This document shows, piece by piece, positions 48,801-59,480 of a stretch of 64,000 nt of DNA. Positions within the stretch are counted from its first letter, which is position 1, and each line of letters starts with the position of its first letter. The notes beneath the pieces were generated by a model. It had not been told where the DNA came from. It did no database searches and was given only the letters and a program-made list of their open reading frames with translations. The DNA comes from Schizochytrium sp. TIO01 (Eukaryota > Protista > Bigyra: Labyrinthulomycetes), in assembly GCA_004764695.1 (NCBI GenBank), contig SMSO01000032.1, positions 2,790,001 to 2,854,000 of the forward strand, in the 5' to 3' direction. Made by a program: the position numbers and the translations under genes.

Positions 48801-49042
48801 CCCTTCAACGCCATCGCCATTCCTCAGCCACCATCGTGGCAGCAACGCCGCAGGATGATAGCACTCAGCTCAGTAAGGATGACTCTGCGACATCAACAAA
48901 TGCTGATTCAGACTCGGACTCTGTTTGCTCGTCTCCGCTTCAGCTTGAACATATTCATACGGAACCGGAAGGGTTTGGACCTTCGCATGGGTCCAACGCG
49001 TCTCCTCGTGATCCCAAATCTACGCGACTCACTGTGCTTTAA
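45851..49042 (+). CDS. Cell-surface protein: signal peptide, Pro/Thr mucin-like repeats, Cys-rich ESDIDCGG domain, TRP/Flc-like multi-TM domain; paralog A
   Basis: 1063-aa ORF. Hydrophobic signal; 45-bp and 66-bp tandem repeats at about 46120-47060; CNN...ESDIDCGG..C...C..G..C....DC; P..Y..FA...W and multiple TMs with a KPY motif. Confidence 0.85.
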   Translation: MRSARRRSVGLVLALLIAAVSSSGTQASVDVASLALPGFSILENARRVVAEAVREVTGYNINATQGNLTDDQARRLNGMGCSICTMPTTSPPTPEPTPKPTDDQPSPTPEPTPKPTDDQPSPTPEPTPKPTDDNPSPTPEPTPKPTDDNPSPTPEPTPKPTDDNPSPTPEPTPKPTNDNTSPTPEPTSKPTKADSTAEPTPKPTKEPTSGSSPTPEPTAETTPRPTKSPTSGSSPTPQPTAEDTPKPTKKPTTQPSPTPAPTAETTPRPTKKPTNQASPTSAPTAETTPRPTKNPTNQASPTSAPTAEATPKPTKKPTDQPSPTSAPTAEATPKPTKKPTDQPSPTSAPTAEATPKPTKNPTNQPKPTAEPTAKPTAEPTKQPTRKTSTSKPTSKPTREPTQNPTSQPTVRVTSEEITPSPSSAPSMAPTVMPTLLPTSAPTNSTCNNSIWDDDEGESDIDCGGDLCPARCRVGGGCYVASDCDGNLVCTFTGTVLRGSCEEEPEPIPVIIKYPTCTPGTRCLHNNASASVDPYGVCVLTQDNSTNDKVGHCIPTLDTLPPPVVVTDGECLYPWRWIMATVVLGLSLIISACAKDQMLFVQALDLGHIIASGAFLVLPSAPVCYLAFATEMRWSTLVLLPIPHQLEPDESLMNIDSDDDTNGRRLISFSTNLTWEDVGLSRMTQAVGLDHKYLLCGFLILMLAVMLIYAVVQIAMSGINKWYYCIRESAVRIPYMLSYPVIALSAYTLYVVFIAKDADSVALQAGLAFLALAVMIISVAWIAICFRYTWPSDPAKTFRSLHVDWNMRHRLFWCVRVLNNAFRGFFIGLVTQPEPVQAGLFFGVGVLYFVVLAWVKPYEYRSTNWIALVAAFLYVINTTIPIIFAMDPAPFSTSTLEVLGEVQVWLNVGSLFFMLAIIMSQVLGKRAEKRRAAKDQIAEEGKIEDSEAELTKHMFVLDGSDAVSQDNDLESGGAFAKASSRALATLQRHRHSSATIVAATPQDDSTQLSKDDSATSTNADSDSDSVCSSPLQLEHIHTEPEGFGPSHGSNASPRDPKSTRLTVL

Positions 49043-49749
49043 GTAAAATCAGGAGGGACACGGTTCTCTTCTGCTCTTTTGATTCGTCACATTTTTGTTT
49101 GACAAAACTAATTATCATTTTACAACTACGGAATATTCATCATCAACGACTTGGATGATGACGACCCGACGACACAATTGTGGGCACCGGAAAACTCAAC
49201 TGCTTCTAGCCCGTTGACAACACTAACTTGAGACTGAGTGATCAGATCTGGAAGCGCAGACGTGTTCTCGTGGATCGGTGACTGAAGCTTTGATTCAGGT
49301 GAGCAAAGAACAATACATTTCAAACACACTGACCGCTTCCTTTTACCACTGCCAAAAAAAAAACAAATAGCTGGAAACTACAAACTACTTAACCCCTGTA
49401 CTTTTGATGTATGATCAATCAATGAACTTACTTTACAACCATTTCCTTTTCTTTCTTGTTCGAATGCATTAACAGCTTGCAGAGCCCTCGCTGCAGCTGC
49501 ATCTCTCTATACATCGACAGCAACAAATATCAACTATTCTATTGCAATCTTAGTATGCGCTTGGCATGATGCTTTTGTTTTTCTAGGCTTTGATGCACTT
49601 GCTTTGAAGTTCCGTCATGCCATTATTAAAAAAGGAAGGGGGGACAACTAAGGGCAGTCCAGTCGGAAATGACCTTCGAAAATCCAGCCAGCCAGCCTTC
49701 TGCGAACCTTAAGGCGGACTGTTTTGGGCATTAGGTATTTATATATAGT

Positions 49750-50150
49750 GGTTGCTAAGACCGGAAGAAGTCACGTAACTCATCCAACCCTGCACAGCCT
49801 CTCACCTCGCTCCTTCCGCCCACTTCCCTTTGAGAGAATGTGATTGTAAGCGGATATTGCTGAGAAAGGGTTCTTCGAAAGGCCTGAAGTCGCCTGAATA
49901 ACTTGTGATGCGTGTTTAAAGAGAGTAAAGTCAGTATCATGAATAAACAATTACAATCGATAATTCAGAGGCACAGTAAAAACCAACGAAAGCATGCTCT
50001 TTAATACCTATTTACCTTGCGCACGCTAGTATAGTACTCTAACAAAATCGAGAAGCTTAAGTTCTGCATCTGTCGGCATGTTTCTATCCTATGAACTCCT
50101 ACAATATACATAGATGTATCTCCTGGTCCTAAAACTTGGGCAACAACTCA
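49750..50150 (-). pseudogene. Kinase relic (I-V)
   Basis: QVLGPGDTSMYIVGVHR at 50088-50138 (I), ILTLLSLNTHHKLFRRLQAF (III-IV), EVGGRSE (V). Confidence 0.5.
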
Positions 50151-50643
50151 AAGCCTTTTTTAACCCTTGACAATTCTTTCGAGATGTTGTTCACTTGAAG
50201 CATCTAGGGATTGCTTGATTCAAGCTGTATGTGAGATTTCGTAATTTAATTCGGAATAACCCGCTTTGTTACTTGATGTGCGTGAAGGGGCATTATGAAT
50301 TGTTTATCCGCCTGCTCGGGACACTGAATAACATTCTAAGGCTCTCATGATACAATACACAAGAAGCACTATAGTAGACCAGTTTGAAAAAATAATGATG
50401 TACTGCAAAGTACAATAAGTAAATTGAAAACTAAGTAGGAAACGGTATGTTTGTGTGGGGGGAATTGAGCGACTCACTGCATTTGGCATCTTAGGACTCA
50501 GGGGCATGCAATATAAGAGTTCAGTGCGTCTACCATGTTAACACCATTAGAACTCTACCTTCATCACGAGAACTGAGAGCCCTGCAAATGCATAATTTCA
50601 ATGCAGTCATAGGATTCTACGTGGAGAGGCGCTTCGCGGCGCC

Positions 50644-53145
50644 ATGACTAGCATGCAGCGCTTCGTTTGTGTTAGCTTGGTGGTTTTTGCCTGGGCAGCG
50701 CTCTTCAGCATGGCTCAGACTCCAGTAGTCCCTGAGACTCCAAATCCAACTTTTGCAATTTCGCCAACTCAAGAAATTGTGACATTGAAGCCAACAGTTG
50801 GCAAGACGCCAGCACCTTCAAAAGAAACCCCGTCTCCAACAAAAGAGACCTCATCTCCAACAAAGGAAACTCCGTCGCCAACAAAGGAGACTCCATCGCC
50901 AACAATTCCGACATCTAAGCCAACAACCCCTGCTCCTAGCAAGGTTGAGGTAAATCCAACAAAAAAACCTACGAAGAAACCAACTCCAGAACCCACAGCA
51001 ATCGTACTGGCCCCAAGTACCTCTCCAATAACAGTAGCGACTGAGAGTCCATCAATAAGCTTGACCATATCTTTGAGCCCTACAATCGAAGAAGGGCCCA
51101 CTACAGCACCTACTTTTCCAGCAAAAGTTACACTGGCACCCACGAGCTTTCCAACTAGCAATGTTCCGAGCGATGCACCAACGCCTCTTCAACAAACAGA
51201 TGATACAGAGATTGGTCGCAATTCGTCATCTACAGAAACCCCGTCCCTTCCGCCAGAGTGCGTTAACGGAGAACAAGATGAGACGATAGGAGAGACCGAC
51301 ATCGACTGTGGCGGAAATTACTGTTCTCAACGATGCAGCACCTTGGAGCATTGCCTTGTTGGGAACGACTGCGGCGCGGGCGATGTTTGTGGATTCCAGG
51401 TTGGTTTAATGCTGGGCACGTGTTATCCAGAGCCCGCAAACTTAACACTTCAACCTCCGTGTGTGATAGGGTCAAGCTGTCAGCATACCTTCGCAAATGA
51501 GTCACTGTCAGAGAGCATTTGCGTTCTTCACTCCAACAACAATGTGTCAGGGTTTTGTATCTCATTGCCCAAACTGGCAGCTGTTAGCACAAGCACAGAG
51601 GAAGAAAGCACTACACGTTGGAGCACAGAAGCAATCTTGGCAAATGCATTGCTTGGTTTGTGCCTTCTTGTAACATTACTTATGCAGGACAGTTTCCTAG
51701 TCCTGCAAATACTAGAAGTCGGCCAACACTGTTGTGTCGGAGCTCTACTATGGCTCCCAAGCGCATCTTCATCATATACTGCCTTTGCAAGCACTCTTGC
51801 ATGGATAATGTTTATGGGATTAGACCCTAGTCCTAGTAACTCATCTGAATCTAATAGCACCCGGCGACTTGCCGATGTGGGTACTGAAGATGCAAATGGA
51901 ATTTCTACATTTGCTGATCTCGTTGGACTCAACAAGAGCCTTTTGCTCCCTGGATGTCTAATAGTTATGTGTATATGTTGGGTGGCGTATACTCTTGTGC
52001 AACTTTTATATCATGGCTTAACATCTTTGCGTGAGGTTTCTCAAGAGGCAGTAGTAAGACTTCCATACATATTTTCATATCCACTCATAACCATGTCGGC
52101 ATACACTTTCTATTCGCTTCTAGTAGTAGGAGATGTTGACAGTCGAGGTATGCAGGCAGGTTTAACTACTCTCGCAGCAGTGATCGTTGGGCTGAGTCTT
52201 GCTTGGACCTACTTTTGTACCCAAAACACCCTACAGGACGAATGTGGAGATAGTTTTCGATCTCTGATTTCAGATTGGAAACATGATATGCGATTGTTCT
52301 GGTGTGTACGCATTGTTAACAATTTTAGTAAAGGAATGTTTCTTGGCCTTCTCACTCGGCCCACTCCTTTGCAAGCGGTTTTATTTGTTACCATCAGTCT
52401 CACGTATCTTTCTCTTCTCGTTATTCTCCGACCATATAAATACGGATCTACAAACAAAATTGCCATCTTAGGTGGTGCACTATGTGCTGCAAACACAATT
52501 CTTCTCGTTCTTTTTGCAATAAGTCCAATGCCGTTTAGCACCGCAATGATGGAAACGCTCGGTGTTGTTCAAATGTATTTAACAATTGCATCGTTTGCCC
52601 TAATGTTCATGGTTGTTCTCAGTCAGTATTATCTTCGCGTACACATGGACGAACGTGAGCCATCATCCTCAACGGTAGAGATTGATAATACCAAAAAAGT
52701 CGACGTTGAATCACCATCTGGATTTCCTATTGATTTAGGTCTTGATTTGGTGAAGCTCGAAGATCTGGAGGCGTCTGAAATGAGTCATGGTGGCTCTTTC
52801 TCCACACGACCTTCTCTGGCTGACATTCTTAGAATTGGACGACAGCAGAGTTTCTTGTCATCACCAACTTCTTCTTCTTCTGAGGAGTCCTTTGAAGATG
52901 GGTGCGAAACGGAGCAAAGCAGAGCACAAGTTAATTATTATCACGAAGACGGATTGGCTCTTGAAAGTTGCCAGTCATCATTTTCAAACTATGGAAGCGA
53001 GACTGATGTTGGTCAAGTAGAAGAAATCGAAAGTAGTTGTGGTAGTGCCACTGATGGGTTTCTAAACGATGGCTTACTGTTGGCCACTCCAGATAGCTCA
53101 TTCACAGGGAGTCGCAACGACTATAGTTCCGAGGAAGATGCGTAG
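50644..53145 (+). CDS. Cell-surface PT-repeat/ETDIDCGG/TRP-like multi-TM protein; paralog B
   Basis: 833-aa ORF with KETPSPT repeats and CVNG...ETDIDCGG. Shares VR.PY..SYP.I..SAYT.Y, FRSL..DW....RLFWCVR..NN and PY.Y.STN with paralog A. Confidence 0.85.
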   Translation: MTSMQRFVCVSLVVFAWAALFSMAQTPVVPETPNPTFAISPTQEIVTLKPTVGKTPAPSKETPSPTKETSSPTKETPSPTKETPSPTIPTSKPTTPAPSKVEVNPTKKPTKKPTPEPTAIVLAPSTSPITVATESPSISLTISLSPTIEEGPTTAPTFPAKVTLAPTSFPTSNVPSDAPTPLQQTDDTEIGRNSSSTETPSLPPECVNGEQDETIGETDIDCGGNYCSQRCSTLEHCLVGNDCGAGDVCGFQVGLMLGTCYPEPANLTLQPPCVIGSSCQHTFANESLSESICVLHSNNNVSGFCISLPKLAAVSTSTEEESTTRWSTEAILANALLGLCLLVTLLMQDSFLVLQILEVGQHCCVGALLWLPSASSSYTAFASTLAWIMFMGLDPSPSNSSESNSTRRLADVGTEDANGISTFADLVGLNKSLLLPGCLIVMCICWVAYTLVQLLYHGLTSLREVSQEAVVRLPYIFSYPLITMSAYTFYSLLVVGDVDSRGMQAGLTTLAAVIVGLSLAWTYFCTQNTLQDECGDSFRSLISDWKHDMRLFWCVRIVNNFSKGMFLGLLTRPTPLQAVLFVTISLTYLSLLVILRPYKYGSTNKIAILGGALCAANTILLVLFAISPMPFSTAMMETLGVVQMYLTIASFALMFMVVLSQYYLRVHMDEREPSSSTVEIDNTKKVDVESPSGFPIDLGLDLVKLEDLEASEMSHGGSFSTRPSLADILRIGRQQSFLSSPTSSSSEESFEDGCETEQSRAQVNYYHEDGLALESCQSSFSNYGSETDVGQVEEIESSCGSATDGFLNDGLLLATPDSSFTGSRNDYSSEEDA

Positions 53146-53259
53146 TTGCATCATGTAAGTCTATGAATTCATCCAAACAAGTTACCATGGCTGTTGTCTT
53201 CAGACATATCTCATGAACGAGAGTAAGTCACATTTCGTTTAAAATATTCCCGTCTTCTA

Positions 53260-53460
53260 TTGAGTGACTTTGGAATAGGAGTTTTTGCATTTTAATTCTT
53301 GAAAAGTAACATTATATATTATTTCTGTCTTCATATGACCAAAGTTTATGCAACCATTTGTCGAAGAAATCCTCTGAACTTTGGGTATTCGTAATTCTGA
53401 CGGATGGCAGGTTTGCGTTATGGCGTAGCTGAATTTAAGTTCTCCTTGTAAACTTTGCAT
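53260..53460 (-). pseudogene. Kinase relic (VIa-VII)
   Basis: YAITQTCH ... GCINFGHMK. Confidence 0.35.
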
Positions 53461-53700
53461 GGCGAGTTACACGCAAAGAATGTTAGCATCATACAGAATC
53501 TTACCACCTAGTTCAGGTTATACTTCAAATTGTATTTAATATTTCCATATTAAAAAATGAGTCGCCATGCCGCCGTATGCTAGTACTAGAAAGTGATAGT
53601 AAAATCAGAGTTTGCAAATACAGACAAACTGGAAATTCAATTGATTAAAACATCAGTTTTCAAAGAGCTTTAAACTTGTTTTGTTCACAGGGTGTTGGTT

Positions 53701-55200
53701 TTATTTAGGCATAATTTGCGGGCGCTGCATAATTGCGGCAGGGACTTGCATGAAACGTGCAGCCTCCGGATTGAATTCAGGGGTTTCAATGAACTGAAGA
53801 AATAGGGTTGAGATACGCTTGCGAAGTCCTTGCATAGCCTTCTCCTGACGACCGCGGTTTAGTAAATCGGCTTCACGATCAATGAGATCAATCAAGTCGT
53901 TTGTAAGATCACACGGAAACTCCTTAGCAGTCCATTTGACATGAAGGAGCACATCCAGTCGTTCATCGACTGCAAGCTTTGAAGAGCACAAGCCTTTGTA
54001 AAGATCAGCCAGTTCTTGAGCTCGTGTAGTAAACGGAGTATGAACGTGCATAACGTCACCATCAGACATTTGCCATTTCTTTGGCGTTGCCATCATCTCA
54101 AGAAGCTTGTTAATACGTTTCTCCTTGTTTTCATGATGTGCAGTAAGTTTGAGTCGATCAATAGTCTGCAGGAGTTTGGTTTCTTTACGAAGAAGTTCTT
54201 CAAGCTCAAGCTGCTTCTCTTCGGGAGTGAGATTTGTAGAGGACTTAATGCGAGCAGTTTCATGCTGGCGCCAATTATCGAGTTCGTTAAAAAGAATTTC
54301 AAAATCTGCAGCGGAGCGAGGGTTCATACGTCTTTGAACCTCACGTTCGTGTTGTTCCTTTTCCTCACGCTGTCTACGCTCCTGAAGCTTACGCTGCTCG
54401 AGACGTCTCTGCTCGATTTGGTGGCGTATGTCATGAGCTAAGCATCTTGCTACATACCCTCGCCAGAATCTTTGCAAGTTAATTGTTGCTTCCACCTTCA
54501 AGGCGTGCATTTGTTCAGAGTCAAAGTATTCTTCTCGTGGGCTTATGGTTTTGTCTTTGGTGTCATCCACAGCGAGGTCTGATCGCTTCATTTGAGTACC
54601 AGTCTCGCGGCGAGTTTGTGCAGAGCAAGTGATGACTTCAGCAGTCTGGGTCTCACGTGTGTATTTAACAGTGTTATTTGCAGCCTCTTGAGCTTCGAGA
54701 GCTTCCCGAAGTTTTTCTGATTCACGCTGGGTGTAAGCATGGTGATAGATAGCGCCAGTTTTTTTGTTTCGATACCCACCAAGGTAAGGTTTTGGGGTAT
54801 TACGATCCTCGCGAACAATGTGCACACTCACCGTCTTACTGGGGATATCTTCGTCATCGTAATGGATGACAACCTCGACACAGTCGGGCATTTTATAAGT
54901 ACTGGCCGCAGCAGCGATTTCCCGTTGAATGTAAACCTCAATTTCATGCTCCTTGCTAGGATTGAGGTGTCTAATGTCATGAGATTCCTCAAGATTTCCT
55001 CCTTTGAGACGAAGTGCCTGAACAGGAAGCTGGAGATCTTGTCCAAGGCGTTCCTTAATCTCAAGGACTGTTGCATCGTGCTCCACATCAAGGATATGTG
55101 GGAATCCTTCTGGTTGAATAACAAAGCGGAAAGTCACATTGATTGTGTCCTGCAACTTGGACTCGCCCATCTTGCTTTCCTGCTCTTTGCTCTCTGGCAT
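53701..55200 (-). CDS. IQUB: IQ and ubiquitin-like domain-containing flagellar protein (IQUB/FAP253)
   Basis: Ubiquitin-like N-terminus, KPYLGGYRNKKTGAIYHHA, IQ motif LQRFWRGYVAR, RRMNPRS..DF, ERLDVLLHVKWT, PEFNPEAA. Likely start is MPESKEQ at 55200. Confidence 0.92.
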   Translation of the reverse strand: MPESKEQESKMGESKLQDTINVTFRFVIQPEGFPHILDVEHDATVLEIKERLGQDLQLPVQALRLKGGNLEESHDIRHLNPSKEHEIEVYIQREIAAAASTYKMPDCVEVVIHYDDEDIPSKTVSVHIVREDRNTPKPYLGGYRNKKTGAIYHHAYTQRESEKLREALEAQEAANNTVKYTRETQTAEVITCSAQTRRETGTQMKRSDLAVDDTKDKTISPREEYFDSEQMHALKVEATINLQRFWRGYVARCLAHDIRHQIEQRRLEQRKLQERRQREEKEQHEREVQRRMNPRSAADFEILFNELDNWRQHETARIKSSTNLTPEEKQLELEELLRKETKLLQTIDRLKLTAHHENKEKRINKLLEMMATPKKWQMSDGDVMHVHTPFTTRAQELADLYKGLCSSKLAVDERLDVLLHVKWTAKEFPCDLTNDLIDLIDREADLLNRGRQEKAMQGLRKRISTLFLQFIETPEFNPEAARFMQVPAAIMQRPQIMPK

Positions 55201-56154
55201 GGTAGCAATTTGGAGAGATTTTCTTCCCCTACCCGAGCGCGGGAATTCTTTTTGACAGATCTTATGCTTGCCGCAACTGCGCCACGCGTCCAAGTCAACT
55301 TTAGTCTTTGATGTGCTCAACAGAATAGCTCTTTCATAAAATAAAGAAGATAAAGTGAAGAAGAGTAAGATCACTGCACTTAAGTTACGGCCTTTAACTT
55401 TTTCCTTTTCCAGCGATGCCACGCTCCACCTCCGTCTTTAGGTACTCCGCCAAGCCTGAAGCAAGTTCTGTTTTCCAATTTCTTGTGCTTTCTTGTCTAC
55501 CTTTTACCTTATCCTCCCTCTCTCATACCTACATGCGTGCAAGCATATATACACACAGGTACAGCTCTTCATTCATATTCATTTATTCGATCAATTATTT
55601 ATCTATTCATGCACATATACATACATACATTCATACCTAGTTCTCCAGAACCACAACCCGTCCTCCTCTCCGTATTTCCTCCACACACCTCCACTCCATA
55701 TATTCCTTCCCTTTTCTGCCAACGGACACTTAATGTCAAACACTCCCACCCCACTCCTGTTCATCATAGTCTTACTTTCCACGAGGGGGGTACTGTGCGT
55801 TCTAATGAGGGTAACATGGGGAACATAAAAGTGACCTAACGGGCCAGATAGGCCGGCGGCGGAAGCTTCGCTCGCGTTCGATGGGCTCCCAGCACGCAAG
55901 AAGAAAGACAGTTATACGATAGTAGGTTATATTTGAATTACAGTACGCTATAGTTTATTATCCATAGTATGTGGGTTATAGTGTATAGTGGGAGGATGTA
56001 TAGTCTATAGTAGGTCCGTCTTGTGTTGGAGTGAGCAGGAGGAAAGATCGATGAAGAGAAAGAAGCCTCGGTCAGAGATCAAATTCGCGCAGAGCTAAAT
56101 CTGTTGCTTGTACTGTGAAGCGAGCACACCGCCTGTCACGCTCAACTAGACACA

Positions 56155-57468
56155 ATGGTGGACCCTATGGACGTGGAGGGCCGCGGCGATGTCTCCGAGG
56201 AGGAGGCCCGCCTCCGCGCCGAGTTCGACGACCTCGTGGACATCCAGGACAGCCATCCGGACCAAGCCGTGGCCGGCTTTGAGGCCTTGGTGAACAGACG
56301 CGCGGCTGAACACGACGAACCCATGAGCAAGTATGAAGAGTGGTCTGTCATGCATCTTTGCTCTCTGTACGCAAAGCTCGGCCGTACTGATGCTCTTGTC
56401 AAGCTCCTCAAAGAGGTGCGTCCTCGTTTTGGCGCTCTGCCGAAGGCCAAGACCGCAAAGATTGTTCGTACAGTAATCGATGCTATGGCAAAGATCCCTG
56501 GAACGGAGGAGGCTCAAGTGAGTCTCTGTAACGAATACGTGGACTGGTGCATCCAGGAGCGCCGTGCCTTTCTGCGGCAGAGAATTCAGACTCGTCTTGC
56601 CAATTTGTACCTGAGCACTGGCAGGTTCCAGCAGGCACTGAAGCTCCTCGCTGAGCTGCAGCTTGAGGTCAAGAAGCTTGACGACAAGCAGCTTCTGGTG
56701 GAAATCTTTTTGATTGAGTCGCGTGTACACCATGCACTGTTGAACTTGCCGAGAGCCAAGTCTTCGCTGACAGCGGCGAGATCTGTGAGCAACTCGATTT
56801 ACGTTGGACCTACACTTCAGGGTGAAATTGACATGCAGGGAGGTATCCTAAATGCTGATGAAAAGGATTTCCGCACAGCATACTCGTACTTTTTTGAAGC
56901 ATTTGAGAGCTTTGCTAACTTGCAGGACTCCCGCGCAGAGATTTGCCTCAAGTACATGCTTCTCAGTAAGATTATGCACGGCCAGGGTGATGAGGTCCCG
57001 ACTTTATTGAACCAAAAGAAGACCATGCAATTCTTGACCGAGGAGATTGAAGCTATGCGCGCTATTGCAAAGGCATACAAGGCTCGCTCTCTTCATGAGT
57101 TTGACGCTGTTCTTAAGCAGTATTCCGATCAGATTGTTAATGATAAGCTTGTGCAGCGTCACCTCAAGGACTTGCAAGCCAACCTCTTGGAGCAGAACTT
57201 GGTACGCTTGATCGAGCCTTTCTCGCGCGTCGAAATTGCTCATGTGGCCAAGCTCATTGACCTTCCATTGCGTGATGTAGAAGCCAAGCTTTCCCAGATG
57301 ATTCTTGACAAGAAGTTCCGTGGTATCCTTGACCAGGGTACTGGCGAGCTCGTTGTATTTGAGGAGCCTATCTCCGATTCTACTTACGATGCTTCTCTCA
57401 ACGTCTTGCAAGATATGTCACACGTCACGGACGCGCTCTTCCGCCGTTCCGAGCAGTTGAACGCATGA
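56155..57468 (+). CDS. RPN6: 26S proteasome regulatory subunit RPN6 (PSMD11)
   Basis: KAKTAKIVR, RRAFLRQ, VKKLDDKQLLVE, DFRTAYSYFFEAFE, PCI domain LLEQNL.RLIEPFSRVEIAHVA...KLSQMILDKK. Confidence 0.96.
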   Translation: MVDPMDVEGRGDVSEEEARLRAEFDDLVDIQDSHPDQAVAGFEALVNRRAAEHDEPMSKYEEWSVMHLCSLYAKLGRTDALVKLLKEVRPRFGALPKAKTAKIVRTVIDAMAKIPGTEEAQVSLCNEYVDWCIQERRAFLRQRIQTRLANLYLSTGRFQQALKLLAELQLEVKKLDDKQLLVEIFLIESRVHHALLNLPRAKSSLTAARSVSNSIYVGPTLQGEIDMQGGILNADEKDFRTAYSYFFEAFESFANLQDSRAEICLKYMLLSKIMHGQGDEVPTLLNQKKTMQFLTEEIEAMRAIAKAYKARSLHEFDAVLKQYSDQIVNDKLVQRHLKDLQANLLEQNLVRLIEPFSRVEIAHVAKLIDLPLRDVEAKLSQMILDKKFRGILDQGTGELVVFEEPISDSTYDASLNVLQDMSHVTDALFRRSEQLNA

Positions 57469-58739
57469 TTGAACATCATCTTTAGTATACGCCGCCGACT
57501 TCTGCTACCTTCTCCTTTTCTATCATATCAGCTTGTCTTCAGATACATATCCTTTCTCCTTTAAAACAACCAAAATTTAACCAAAAATTTAACCAAATTT
57601 TGCATTGCACATATTTTGTTTGTTTGTTACATTTTTTTCTTTTCTTTTTTCTTCTTCTTCTGAAGGGTTTCCTACTAAATTGCCGCCTACTCATCAAGGT
57701 ATCTGAAAGACGCTTTTAAGTATTACTCCAACTTCGAAAGATGGAGAAAGTGTTGGTTGCAATAGGTTAAAGTGTAGTTTTGATTCAAAACCCAGATAAG
57801 GCAAGACCCATTGCGATAGTTGATAAGACCTATGATAATGTATGATGGGTTCTATTCATTTATGAAAAAGGGTACTCTATAAATTTATATGACATTCTTG
57901 AGGCTCCAATGGTCGCGCCGTCAAATGTCCTGGTATAAGTAGATCAAATTTAGCGCAGAAGTAGATCTTTTTATATAAAAATAAGAAAGACGACGCTGCT
58001 CGCTTGCCTCTAAAAAAGTCATGAGGTCTTTCAAGTTATCCGTACAATGTGAGGCACTTCAACATTCCTATTCGAGACATTCTGTATCTAGACCCCAGAA
58101 GTTTAAAATGTCTCAAGATAAATAATTTTGTAATGAAGACTGTGAAGGCTATGTTTTCTGGAATGCTATTTGGGTTAGTTGCAAACAACATTGAGCCCCT
58201 CAATCATCTATAAATCAACGGGAGGGGGAGGCGGAAGGCAGGAGGAAGGGCCCCAGGCATCAAATACGGGGGGGGGGGCTTTTCATTCGAGTTGAGCAAC
58301 GTATGAGTATGAACAACAGCGAGTTTGTTGATTGTCAATAATAAATGAACAGGGTTGCGAGTGACATTGTTCCTAAAAAGGGAGGTACGTTTTTAGAATA
58401 GATTTTAAACAAAAACAGAAAAGAAAAAAGAGAAGGATAAATTGGGGAAACCAAAATAGTTTTGCAACAATCTTTTATTCTAGTGCTATGAACTATGCAT
58501 CGAGCAATTGACAAGTGTCCCTACCTGTGAGCTTGTTGTCTTTTATGTTTAAAGTGTTCACTTTGTTTTACTTTGTTTATCTTCTCTTACTTCTTCTTCT
58601 TCTTACAGCAAGACGAGAAACCTTGTGGCTTCAACCCACTCTGTCTCTGTCGCGCTACCTGTATTGCTTTATCAGATATCATGTCACATTTCTGGATAGC
58701 ACGTAACCAATCCCCAGAAACTCACTGAGTGATTGTATT

Positions 58740-59480
58740 GGCTTGAGTTTCTACCAAGTCGATGAATTACCAGGAGTTTCTCTGGTTAGTGAGAGTGTTA
58801 GTAAAGAGGTATTTATCCTATCGCACCTTGCGTGTCATCCATACCCAAGTCTAAATATGGCGTCCTTCAACGTTCCGTTGACTACGGGCTTCGGCTGTTC
58901 ACTTCTCCAACAGCACATTCCTGGCTAGAGACCGATGACTTGATAATTTGAGGGGGCGTCCTTATTGGCCCCACTCTTCTCGCATGGATCGGCCATGCCT
59001 TGTCTATCACCACTGATTTGAAGGAGCACCCCCTCCCCTACAACTCACTTGGCACGAGCTGTCCCCATGCAGACAGACTCACTCTATCAGTGGCCAATAG
59101 TCCCACCCCTCTTCCCGCCCTCAACTAAGGAGGCCGCTTCGTAGGTTCCCGCTCGATCTTGCTTCCGTGGCGCATCCCAGGGGCTTTCTCGGTGCCACTC
59201 AAGAGCTCGCGAGACAGCCAGCCAGCCCGCCAGCCTGCTCGACCTTGGCGGAGAAGAGGTCCCGCGAACCGGAGTGACTCCTTTGGAATGAATGAATGCC
59301 ATGTCTGTCTCGACGGTAGTTTCCCCAATTGCACCGCGGTTATTCCAAATGTAATCTATCTCACATGTACGGCCAATTTGTACCAAGCGGTCAGCCATGA
59401 GATTAGATTAGACGCGCTTGCGAACAGAGTTCTTCGCGCTCGAGATCAATCACACGAGACCGACCGATGCACCCACCATC
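58740..59480 (+). pseudogene. Kinase relic (III-IX)
   Basis: KEVFILSHLACHPY (III-IV), EGASLL (V), SSRDSQP (HRDLKP), RSDSFGM (DFG), IPNVIYL (VIII-like), THHPL. Confidence 0.6.

Noticed and set aside
55201-55422. N-terminal extension of IQUB
   Set aside because: Begins at a non-ATG codon and looks like UTR; the ATG at 55200 is preferred.
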